From: an uncultured Armatimonadetes bacterium
GTDB taxonomy: Bacteria > Armatimonadota > UBA5829 > DTJY01
Direction of reading: 5' to 3'
Assembly (NCBI GenBank): GCA_963717145.1
Contig: OY970325.1
Span: forward strand, 1,568,001-1,632,000
Length of the DNA: 64,000 nucleotides
The notes under the pieces were generated by a model. It made no database searches. It was given only the letters and a program-made list of their open reading frames with translations, and had not been told where the DNA came from. Shown here one piece after another: positions 1-8,647 of this stretch (positions are counted from its first letter, which is position 1; every line of letters starts with the position of its first letter). A program made the translations under genes and the position numbers.

Positions 1-129
1 GTGAATGGCGCTCAGTGGAACCTGCTGGGCACATTCAACCTGAACGCAGGCGAGAACAGGATCCAGTTGTCATGCTGGACGACGACCGGCTACACAGTGA
101 ACGCTGATGCGGTCAAGATCAGCCGGTGA
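1..129 (+). CDS. 3' end of a gene with a golvesin/Xly-CBD-like C-terminal domain (partial, starts before the window)
   Basis: Frame 1 reads VNGAQWNLLGTFNLNAGENRIQLSCWTTTGYTVNADAVKISR*, homologous to the C-termini of the downstream amidases (W.SLG.F.L...SCWTTTGFVVVADAIKW). Confidence 0.8.
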   Translation: MNGAQWNLLGTFNLNAGENRIQLSCWTTTGYTVNADAVKISR

Positions 130-262
130 GAGGAATTACGCAACCTGCCCGGCTGTCTGAGGCGGATGGGCGCGAGAAGAAGGGGGGTGGTAAGTGTCAC
201 CTGTATGCCATTCAGCTCTGATCCGGATCATGCATTGTGAAATAGCAAGGAGGATTTGGTAA

Positions 263-1282
263 GTGAAGAAGTGTTTGACAATCGTACTAGTGATGGCATT
301 CGCCCTGGCAGCCAGCTATGCGTTCGCAGGCGTGGCAGGCCAGAAGATCTGCATCGACCCGGGCCACGGCGGCTCCGACCCCGGCGCTGTAGGCAACGGC
401 CTGCAGGAGAAGGTAATCAACCTCTCCATCGGCCAGAAGTTCCGCGACAAGGTGACCGCCGATGCCGCCACGCCGATCATGACCAGGAACAGCGACGTCT
501 ATGTCAGCCTGCAAGGGCGCTGCGATGTCAGCAACAACAATGGCGCCAACCGGTTCATGTCCACTCACGTCAATGCGGGCGGCGGAACAGGAATCGAGAC
601 GTACTCCTATTCGTCAACCGGCACAGGGGCCGATCTTCGCAACAAGGTCAACCCTGAGCTGGTTTCCCACATGGCGGCGGCCAACCGCGGCGTCAAGACC
701 GCCGGCTTCTATGTGCTGGTAAACACCACCGCTCCGGCCATCCTGGGCGAAGTCCTGTTCATCGATACGGCCGCAGATGCAGCAAAGCTTGCACAGGACA
801 GCTATCGAAACGAGGCAGCCCGCGCATACCTGCATGGTCTGCAGAGTCATTACGGCGAGGCTCCACACGATCCGGGCAGCGTTGCCGATATCATTATCGA
901 CAACAGCAGCGGCTCGTTCTATGCATCGGCCTCATGGGCTACAGGCGCTTCGGGCGGGTACAATGGAAGCTACCGATGGAGATCCACGACCGCGATCAGC
1001 GATCCCGCTGTCTGGACGCCGAACATCACAGCTTCCGGAAGTTGGACTGTCTATGCCTGGTGGGTTCAGGGAGCGAATCGCTCGGCCACCGCTCCGTACA
1101 TCGTAAGCAATACGGGTGGCGACACCACGGTGTACAAGAATCAGCAGTCAGGCGGAAGCTCGTGGCAGAGCCTCGGCAGCTTCAATCTCGGGACCGGCAC
1201 CGGCTATCCCACCAAGTTGTCGTGCTGGACGACGACCGGCTTCGTAGTGGTCGCGGATGCGATCAAGTGGCATAAGAACTAA
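263..1282 (+). CDS. Secreted N-acetylmuramoyl-L-alanine amidase (Amidase_3) + golvesin-like C-terminal domain, copy 1
   Basis: Signal peptide ending AYAFA; Zn-amidase motifs IDPGHGG, QEK, STHVNA, NRGVK, AILGE; IIIDN...ADAIKW C-terminal domain; RBS AAGGAGG. Confidence 0.92.
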   Translation: MKKCLTIVLVMAFALAASYAFAGVAGQKICIDPGHGGSDPGAVGNGLQEKVINLSIGQKFRDKVTADAATPIMTRNSDVYVSLQGRCDVSNNNGANRFMSTHVNAGGGTGIETYSYSSTGTGADLRNKVNPELVSHMAAANRGVKTAGFYVLVNTTAPAILGEVLFIDTAADAAKLAQDSYRNEAARAYLHGLQSHYGEAPHDPGSVADIIIDNSSGSFYASASWATGASGGYNGSYRWRSTTAISDPAVWTPNITASGSWTVYAWWVQGANRSATAPYIVSNTGGDTTVYKNQQSGGSSWQSLGSFNLGTGTGYPTKLSCWTTTGFVVVADAIKWHKN

Positions 1283-1567
1283 CCGCTATACCTAACATCC
1301 CGGGGAGACCGGAGTCTCCCCGGGGTCATCTGCCTTAGTCTGACTCAAGCGTCTGCGGCAGGTGATCCGCGGTGATACGGCCCAGTACTTTGAAAACGGT
1401 TCTTCACTTACCAGTGGCAGGGAAGCCAACAGTCAGAAGTGCCTGCTGACAGCGACACTCTCGCCAGCAGACAATCCCTCATGAGAGGAGGCGATGGGCA
1501 AGGCAGAAGATGGTAAGCCGTAGTATTCCCGTACAGAGCAGTACATTACGCAAAGGAGGAATCGCAA

Positions 1568-2590
1568 GTGAGAAAGGTACTAACAATCGTATTGGCCATG
1601 GCATTCGTCCTGGCCGCCAGTTGCGCCTTCGCGGGCGTGGCGGGCCAGAAGATCTGCATCGACCCGGGCCATGGCGGCTCCGACCCCGGGGCGGTAGGCA
1701 ACGGCCTCTACGAGGATAACATCAACCTCGACATCGGCAACAGGATGTACAGCCTGTTTGTAGCAGACGGTGCTACCACAACAAGGACTCGTTCGACCGA
1801 CGTCTATGTGTCCCTCCAGGGACGCTGCGACGTTTCGAACAACTTCGGCGCCAACAGGTTCGAGTGCACGCACTGCAACGCGGGTGGCGGCGTAGGGACT
1901 GAGACGTTCTCGTACTCGTCCACCGGGACGGCGGCTGACCTCAGGAACCGCGTCAATCCTGAGATCGTCGCCCATATGGGGACAACGAATCGCGGCGTGA
2001 AGACCGCTGCCTTCTACGTGTTGGTGAACACAACCGCCCCCGCCATCCTTGGCGAGGTCGCGTTCATCGACAACGCTGGTGACGCCGCCAAGCTGGGCAA
2101 TGCCACCTATCGGCAGGAAGCGGCCCGCGCATACCTGCACGGCACGCAGTCGCACTACGGTGAGACACCGCACGATCCGGGCGGCGGTGTTCCCGATATC
2201 ATCATCGACAACAGCAGCGGCTCGTTCTCGTGCTCGGCAACATGGGCTACCGGCACTTCCGCCGGCAAGTATGGCGCTGACTACCGCTGGAGAAGCACTG
2301 CCGCGGTCAGCGATGCTGCTACATGGACCCCGAACATCATCTCCGCAGGGGCCTACACCGTCTACGCATGGTGGGTTGCAGGCGCAAACCGCTCGGCGAA
2401 CTCCGCCTATCAGATTCACACCACTGGTGGAGACACCAACGTGTATGTGAATCAGCAGGCAAACGGCGGCGCGTGGGTCAGTCTCGGCAGCCACAGTCTT
2501 GCCACAGGCGGCGCCTGGGTCAAGAAGAGCTGCTGGGCGACGACCGGCTTCGTCGTTGTCGCAGATGCAGTCAAATGGCATAAGAACTAG
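1568..2590 (+). CDS. Secreted Amidase_3 + golvesin-like domain, copy 2
   Basis: Same architecture; DPGHGG, YED, THCNA, AILGE; RBS AAAGGAGG. Confidence 0.92.
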   Translation: MRKVLTIVLAMAFVLAASCAFAGVAGQKICIDPGHGGSDPGAVGNGLYEDNINLDIGNRMYSLFVADGATTTRTRSTDVYVSLQGRCDVSNNFGANRFECTHCNAGGGVGTETFSYSSTGTAADLRNRVNPEIVAHMGTTNRGVKTAAFYVLVNTTAPAILGEVAFIDNAGDAAKLGNATYRQEAARAYLHGTQSHYGETPHDPGGGVPDIIIDNSSGSFSCSATWATGTSAGKYGADYRWRSTAAVSDAATWTPNIISAGAYTVYAWWVAGANRSANSAYQIHTTGGDTNVYVNQQANGGAWVSLGSHSLATGGAWVKKSCWATTGFVVVADAVKWHKN

Positions 2591-2740
2591 GCCACGTCCA
2601 TGATCCGGGGAGACCTGGCTCTCCCCGGATCCATTGCCGGGGGATGGATACCAAACTGACCCAGCCTACCTCCGAAGCAGAGTAAGCAAGTGCACTAGCA
2701 GTAGGACAAACCGTTTGAACTCAAAAGGAGGGTTTGGTAA

Positions 2741-3774
2741 GTGAACAAAGCTCTAACAGTCGCATTGGTAGCGCTCTTCGTGCTCTCGGCCACCTGCGCA
2801 TTCGCAGGCGTGGCGGGCCAGAAGATCTGCATCGACCCGGGCCATGGCGGCTCGGATCCCGGCGCCGTGGGCCAGGGGCTCCAGGAGAAGACGATCAACC
2901 TCGATATCGGTTTGAGGATGCGGATCTGTTCAACCTGGACGCAGCTTCTACGAACATGACTCGAACTACCGACGTCTACGTCACCTTGCAGGGTCGCTGC
3001 GACATCGCCAACAACTGGGGCGCGAACAGGTTCATCTGCAACCACAACAACGCCCACGCTGACACCACGGCGAACGGCACGGAGACGTTCTCCTACTCAG
3101 GCACCGGGACGGCTGCGGACTTGCGCAACAAAGTCAACCCTGAGATCGTCGCACATATGGGCACCACCAACAGGGGTGTGAAGACCTACGGCTTCTACGT
3201 CCTTGTCAACACCAACATGGCGGCCATCCTGAGCGAGACGGCCTTCATCACGAACCCCGCCGATGCCGCCAAGCTCGGCAATCCGGCCTACCGCCAGGAA
3301 GCGGCCCGCGCACACCTGCACGGCACTCAGAGCCACTACGGCGAGGCCCCACACGATCCGGGCAGCGTTGCCGATATCATCATCGACAACTCCAGCGGCT
3401 CGTTCTCCGCATCGGCCAACTGGTCTACCGGCACAATGTCCGCTGACAAGTACGGCGCGGACTACCGCTTCCGCAGCACCGCCGCGACCAGCGATCAGGC
3501 AACATGGACGCCGAACATCACGGCTTCCGGTAGCTGGACCGTCTACGCCTGGTGGACAGTCGGCGCGAACCGCTCTGCGAACTCCGCCTACGCCATCACG
3601 CACTCGGGAGGCACCACTTCCGTATACGTGAACCAGCAGGTCAGCGGCGGCGTTTGGAACAGCCTCGGCGCCTTCACCCTCGGGACGGGCACCGGGTTCC
3701 CGACGCGCAAGTCCTGCTGGGCGACCACCGGCTTCGTCGTCGTTGCCGATGCGGTCAAGTGGCATAAGAACTAA
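2741..3774 (+). CDS. Secreted Amidase_3 + golvesin-like domain, copy 3, with a 1-nt deletion frameshift near 2922
   Basis: ORF 2741..2959 carries the signal peptide and DPGHGG; the frame of ORF 2734..3774 continues DLFNLDAA...; adding one G to atgcggatctg restores MRDLFNLD, matching FRDLLTLD of copy 4. Confidence 0.85.
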
Positions 3775-4042
3775 CCTGCCAGAGTCAGTGATCCGGGGGA
3801 ACTGCGGTCTCCCCGGATCGGTCTTCCCGCGCCCGACTCTCGCGGGTGCACACCAAACTAGCCCAGCCTACCTCCAACGGCTGCAAACCTGGAATGACGC
3901 AACTTGCGTAGCTCGAATGGCTGGTGTCATGGTTGACTGATCGCTCAACAGAAGGAGGTGATCTCCAAGCATATCGACGCTAATGAGGCAAGTGCACCAC
4001 CAGTAGGAAACAGAAGTTCCAATTCAAAGGAGGGTTTGGTAA

Positions 4043-5074
4043 GTGAGAAAGCTACTAACGTTCGCTCTAGTTCTGTCTCTGTCGTTCCTGCTCGCGACAG
4101 GAGTGTTTGCCGCGCTGGCAGGACAGAAGATCTGCGTTGACCCCGGCCATGGCGGCTCCGACCCGGGCGCGGTCGGCCAGGGACTGCAGGAGAAGTCGAC
4201 CAACCTCGACATCAGCCTTCGGTTCCGCGATCTGCTTACGCTCGATGCCGCTACGCCGATCATGACCCGATCGACGGATGTATATGTGTCGCTCCAGGGT
4301 CGATGCGACGTCGCGAATAACAACGGCGCAAACAGGTTCGAGTGCTCCCACTGCAACGCCTTCAACGGCACTGCAAAGGGCACGGAAACCTTCTGCCACC
4401 CGAACGAGACCACCACCGGGTACGACCTGCGCAACAAGGTCAACCCGGAAATGGTCGCCCATATGGGCACGGTCAACAGAGGACTGAAGACTAACACCTT
4501 CTACGTCCTTGCCAACACCAACATGGCCGCCATCCTCTGCGAGGTCGCATTCATCGACAACGCCGAGGATGCCGCCAAGCTCGCACAGGCCAGCTATCGC
4601 CAGGAAGCAGCCCGCGCATACCTGCACGGCACGCAGAGTCATTACGGCGAAGCGCCGCACGATCCTGGTGTTGCCGACATCATCATCGACAACACCTCCG
4701 GGTCGTTCTCCGTTGTCGGAGCCTGGTCTACCGGTACGAGTGCCGGAAAGTACGGCACGGACTATCGGTGGAAGAGCACTGCGACATCGGACAGCCCGGC
4801 CACCTGGACGCCGAACATCACAGCGTCCGGGAGCTGGCAGGTCTATGCATGGTGGGTGCAGGGAGGCAACCGCTCCAACAACTGTGCCTACAAGGTGACC
4901 AACACCGGCGGCACGACGAGCGTGTATGTCAACCAGCAGGCCGGTGGAGGCGCGTGGAACAGCCTTGGCGCCTTCAACCTGAATACCGGGACGGGCTATC
5001 CTGTTCAGCTCTCCAACGTGGCTACCACGGGATTCGTCGTGGTTGCAGACGCTATCAAGTGGCATAAGAACTAG
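4043..5074 (+). CDS. Secreted Amidase_3 + golvesin-like domain, copy 4
   Basis: DPGHGG, QEK, SHCNA, AILCE; IIIDN...ADAIKWHKN. Confidence 0.92.
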   Translation: MRKLLTFALVLSLSFLLATGVFAALAGQKICVDPGHGGSDPGAVGQGLQEKSTNLDISLRFRDLLTLDAATPIMTRSTDVYVSLQGRCDVANNNGANRFECSHCNAFNGTAKGTETFCHPNETTTGYDLRNKVNPEMVAHMGTVNRGLKTNTFYVLANTNMAAILCEVAFIDNAEDAAKLAQASYRQEAARAYLHGTQSHYGEAPHDPGVADIIIDNTSGSFSVVGAWSTGTSAGKYGTDYRWKSTATSDSPATWTPNITASGSWQVYAWWVQGGNRSNNCAYKVTNTGGTTSVYVNQQAGGGAWNSLGAFNLNTGTGYPVQLSNVATTGFVVVADAIKWHKN

Positions 5075-5222
5075 CTGGTCACATACGTATTCGGGGAGAG
5101 TTCGCTCTCCCCGAGTATCCATTCAGTCTCATACCCAGTGCCAATCGAAAGGTGGTGGTCCGCAAGCACACGGTAGGCACATCCGAAGTACAACAATGTC
5201 ACTACACAAGGAGGATTCGGTA

Positions 5223-5846
5223 ATGAAGAGAGCACTGACATTCGCATTGCTGGTGCTGTTCGTCCTGGCCGCAACCAGCGTATACGCCGGCCTGGCCGGG
5301 AAGAAGATCTGCATAGACCCAGGCCACGGCGGATCCGACCCAGGCGCTGTGGGCCAGGGTCTGCAGGAGAAGACGGTCAATCTGCAGATCACCAACAAGC
5401 TCTACACCAAGCTGATCGCCGACGGCGCTTCCTGTCAGAGAACGCGCTCGACGGATGTGTATGTGTCCCTGCAGGGACGCTGCAACATCTCGAACAACTA
5501 CGGAGCCGCGAGGTTCGTCAGTTCCCACTGCAACGCGTTCGACGGCAGCGCGCACGGCACGGAAACGTACTGCTACAGCGGTGGCAGCACCAATTCCTAC
5601 GATCTGCGCAACAAGACCAACCCGGAGTTGGTTGCCCACATGGGCACCACCAACAGGGGCGTTAAGACCGCCAGCTTCTACGTGCTGGTGAACACGAGCG
5701 CCCCGGCGATCCTCGGCGAGGTCGCGTTCATCGACAACGCCGGTGACGCCGCCAAGCTCGGCAGCGACACCTATCGGGGCTACGCAGCCCGAGCATACAT
5801 GCACGCACTGCAGAGCCACTACGGTGAGACTCCGCACGGCACCTAG
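5223..5846 (+). CDS. Secreted Amidase_3, catalytic domain only, copy 5
   Basis: ATG 5223 after AAGGAGG; MKRALTFALL signal peptide; amidase motifs intact; ends at GETPHGT* where the paralogs continue into the C-terminal domain. Confidence 0.9.
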   Translation: MKRALTFALLVLFVLAATSVYAGLAGKKICIDPGHGGSDPGAVGQGLQEKTVNLQITNKLYTKLIADGASCQRTRSTDVYVSLQGRCNISNNYGAARFVSSHCNAFDGSAHGTETYCYSGGSTNSYDLRNKTNPELVAHMGTTNRGVKTASFYVLVNTSAPAILGEVAFIDNAGDAAKLGSDTYRGYAARAYMHALQSHYGETPHGT

Positions 5847-5969
5847 TCGTGGCTGAGAGTATCGAATGATCCGGGGGCGCTCCGCCCCCGGATCCCCTCA
5901 GACGAATGTATCCTTGCAGGGGGCCGTGCGCCATCCGTAGAACTGCTCTACTACAAGCAGTGAAGAGGA

Positions 5970-7007
5970 GTGAAAGACTTGAAGAGACTCACCATCACGA
6001 TCCTGAGCGTTCTGTTCCTCACATCCATCGTTCTCGCCGAAGAGATCAAGATACCGATTGATGAAGGCGGAAAAGTAGCCAATCCGCCGGCAAGTCTCCA
6101 ACTCGAGTACAAGTTCAAGGTCGGCGAGTACCGCAGGTACGACATGGTCATGATTGGCGAGGGGCACGTACTGCTACCCGGCCAGACGGAGAAGTCCAAG
6201 CTCGAGGCAAGAAGCGAATTCACCTTTGCGCAGCATTGCGATGCTTACGTGCCCAAAGACGGCATCTGGCGCATGGAATGGGACATGATCAGAGGTGTGC
6301 TGAACCTTCCTGAGTTCGGGGAGATAACACTCACTATCCCGTCACTGCAGTTCGAGATCGACAAATACGGCAAGATCAGCAAGGTCATGGGACTCGAGGA
6401 ACTAGCCGTGGCGCCCGGCCTGCCTCAGCAGGACAGCATGGCGAAGACCCTCAGCCAACTCACTGCGCTCGGATTCCCGAAGAAGGAACTGAAGGTAGGA
6501 GACACCTGGGAACAGGAATACAAGATTGAGATCAAGGACCAGGAACCTGTGATGATGAAGACCACATCCAAGCTCCTCGGGTACGAGATCATGGACGAAG
6601 CTGATTGCGCCATCATCGTCACAACATACGAGACACCATTCAAGCTCACCGACAAGCCGGCCGCGGATGAGGAATCGAAACCCGCGGGCGCGGGCGATGC
6701 GACGGAGACAGATAAGGAAACGCCCACGGTCCTCACCGGTATTGAGAAAGGCGAGTTTACGGTTCATTTCGCCTACACGGAAGGCAAGATCATGCGTACC
6801 AACGGGATTCTCGAAGTCACAGCCGACCCGGAGGGCAAGAAGGCTTCCGCCATCGAGATCCCGATTCCGAAGGACGCATCTCCTGAGGTCGCCGCCGAAC
6901 TCAAGGCCGAGAATGAGAAAGCCAAGCACGACATCAGAATCAAGTACACCATGACGTCCGTTTTCAACCCAAAAATGCCCGAATCAGCAGTGGAGAAGCC
7001 CAAATGA
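5970..7007 (+). CDS. Hypothetical secreted protein (beta-rich, DUF6263-like appearance)
   Basis: 345-aa ORF, signal peptide (SIVLA), RBS GAGGAG, motifs LEYKFKVGE and PKKELKVGDTW. Confidence 0.7.
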   Translation: MKDLKRLTITILSVLFLTSIVLAEEIKIPIDEGGKVANPPASLQLEYKFKVGEYRRYDMVMIGEGHVLLPGQTEKSKLEARSEFTFAQHCDAYVPKDGIWRMEWDMIRGVLNLPEFGEITLTIPSLQFEIDKYGKISKVMGLEELAVAPGLPQQDSMAKTLSQLTALGFPKKELKVGDTWEQEYKIEIKDQEPVMMKTTSKLLGYEIMDEADCAIIVTTYETPFKLTDKPAADEESKPAGAGDATETDKETPTVLTGIEKGEFTVHFAYTEGKIMRTNGILEVTADPEGKKASAIEIPIPKDASPEVAAELKAENEKAKHDIRIKYTMTSVFNPKMPESAVEKPK

Positions 7008-8062
7008 AACTAGGAATGAACCGATTTGCACGAATTGCTCTGGTCTCAGTCTTGATCGCGTCAGTCTCCGCCGGCGCCGCGATGGCGGTCCAACTCGGAG
7101 AGGGAACCAAGCTCGGGCTCAACGGCAGTTTCATGTCGCCGATATGGTCGCCTGACGGCAGGGGACTTGCTCTGGCCGGGGAGAAATACGACGGCCTGTA
7201 CACCACAGATCTCTTCGGCAACATGCAGCTTGTCACAGACGCTCCACTGGCCGGATGGAAGCCGAATTGGTCCCCGGATGGGCAGTATCTTGCTTTCCGC
7301 AGCAGGGATGAAGTCGGCATGGGGATGAGGCTCAATGTCGCGGGGCCCGACGGCAAGACCAAGCAGATCTCCCCCACCCTCAACGATCTCTTCCCAGGCA
7401 CCTGGGGCAAAGATGGGCTCAACTACCGTTCCGGCGACGAGCTGATCACTGTGAACGAGAAGGGCGAGGTTGTGAGAACCTACAGCCTGTCGCAGGGACG
7501 AGGAATGCTGGCAAGAATAGCCGGCGTGGCCGGGTCAATGATGATGGGCCAGGTCACCGGGTCTACGTTCACTGCGCTCGGCCTGCTCCTGCCCTCTCAG
7601 TCGGCAGACGGGTTGCCAGCCGAGAGCGGGATCTACACCGACCCGGACAACCAGATCTGGATTGTCGACAAGGATGGCAACAAGAAGAAGCTGCTCGATA
7701 TGGAAGATGAACCGGCGGGGTACTTCAACCCTGTAGAGTCGAAGGACGGCGATTATGCGGTGTCGGGCATGAGCGGCAATCTGTATGTGACCGATCCTAC
7801 AACGGGCAAGACCACGGAGCTGGGCGTCGGCTCCAATCCCACCTGGTCGCCGGATGGCAAGTACCTGATATTCGAGCGTACCACGGATGATGGCAATGAG
7901 ATAACCTCCGGGGACCTCTGGATGGCCAGCGCAGATGGCACCTTCATGCAGCAGTTGACCAATACCACGGAGATCGAGACACAAGCGTCATGGTCCCCGG
8001 ACGGTCAGTGGCTGGTTTACGTGGTGGACGGGGTAGTCACTCTCGCCCCGGTGCAGCCGTAG
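7004..8062 (+). CDS. TolB-like beta-propeller protein (PD40 repeats), secreted
   Basis: Repeated WSPDG motifs, signal peptide, ATGA overlap with the upstream gene. Confidence 0.85.
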   Translation: MKLGMNRFARIALVSVLIASVSAGAAMAVQLGEGTKLGLNGSFMSPIWSPDGRGLALAGEKYDGLYTTDLFGNMQLVTDAPLAGWKPNWSPDGQYLAFRSRDEVGMGMRLNVAGPDGKTKQISPTLNDLFPGTWGKDGLNYRSGDELITVNEKGEVVRTYSLSQGRGMLARIAGVAGSMMMGQVTGSTFTALGLLLPSQSADGLPAESGIYTDPDNQIWIVDKDGNKKKLLDMEDEPAGYFNPVESKDGDYAVSGMSGNLYVTDPTTGKTTELGVGSNPTWSPDGKYLIFERTTDDGNEITSGDLWMASADGTFMQQLTNTTEIETQASWSPDGQWLVYVVDGVVTLAPVQP

Positions 8063-8612
8063 AGTGCTGCTCGGTGGCGGCTCGCGGCTTCTCCAAGCTC
8101 GACCCGTTCACGGGTTTCGCCCTACCGGAATCCTTTGGCGGAGATGGGGAGGAACTGCTTCGCTCGGCGGCGTTCGGCGGATTGGACTCCCCTACCCCGG
8201 CCGGCGGTTGCTTTTCTGTTCCGTCGAGGGTGATCGTCAGCCCGTTCTCGTCGGCACGGATGTCATTGCCCGCTTCGGCCGGCGTGCTCTGAGACGGCTC
8301 AGCGGAGGAGGAAGGACCATCCGCTCCATCCTCCGTCACCTCGAGCTTGATGTCCGGCCCATTGACCTTTGCTTCTTCCTGGGCAGGCAAGCGGCTCTCA
8401 TGAGCAGGCGTGTAGGCCGACGCGGCATCGGGCGGCTTGGCTTCCCGGTGAGATGATCCCCACCAGGGTCCGATGAGGAACAGCCCGACGGTGAAGGCTG
8501 CGGCAAGCAGCAGGAAGCCCAGCACGCCGAAGATCTTCATGCGGGCATCGATATTGCGATCCCTGGGGCGAAGCGGTCTGTTGGTACTCTGAATAGCCAT
8601 ACGAATCCCCAT
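8037..8612 (-). CDS. Hypothetical single-pass membrane protein with a low-complexity Pro/Ser/Glu tail
   Basis: One hydrophobic helix IFGVLGFLLLAAAFTVGLFLIG, then polar sequence; start uncertain (8612 or 8600). Confidence 0.6.
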   Translation of the reverse strand: MGIRMAIQSTNRPLRPRDRNIDARMKIFGVLGFLLLAAAFTVGLFLIGPWWGSSHREAKPPDAASAYTPAHESRLPAQEEAKVNGPDIKLEVTEDGADGPSSSAEPSQSTPAEAGNDIRADENGLTITLDGTEKQPPAGVGESNPPNAAERSSSSPSPPKDSGRAKPVNGSSLEKPRAATEQHSTAAPGRE

Positions 8613-8647
8613 AGAATAATACGATACCGACGCCCGATTTGTTGCGC

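Larger units (their letters stand above)
1299..5894 (+). repeat. Five homologous GC-rich hairpins, one after each amidase stop (1299-1324, 2602-2631, 3790-3819, 5087-5118, 5868-5894)
   Basis: Consensus GATCCGGGG(A/G)...CCCCGGATC; copy 4 has a TTCG loop; none has a poly-T tail. Confidence 0.85.

Noticed and set aside
2915-2930. Programmed frameshift or phase variation in amidase 3
   Set aside because: Only a GG/GGG difference with no slippery tract; a sequencing error or recent mutation is more likely
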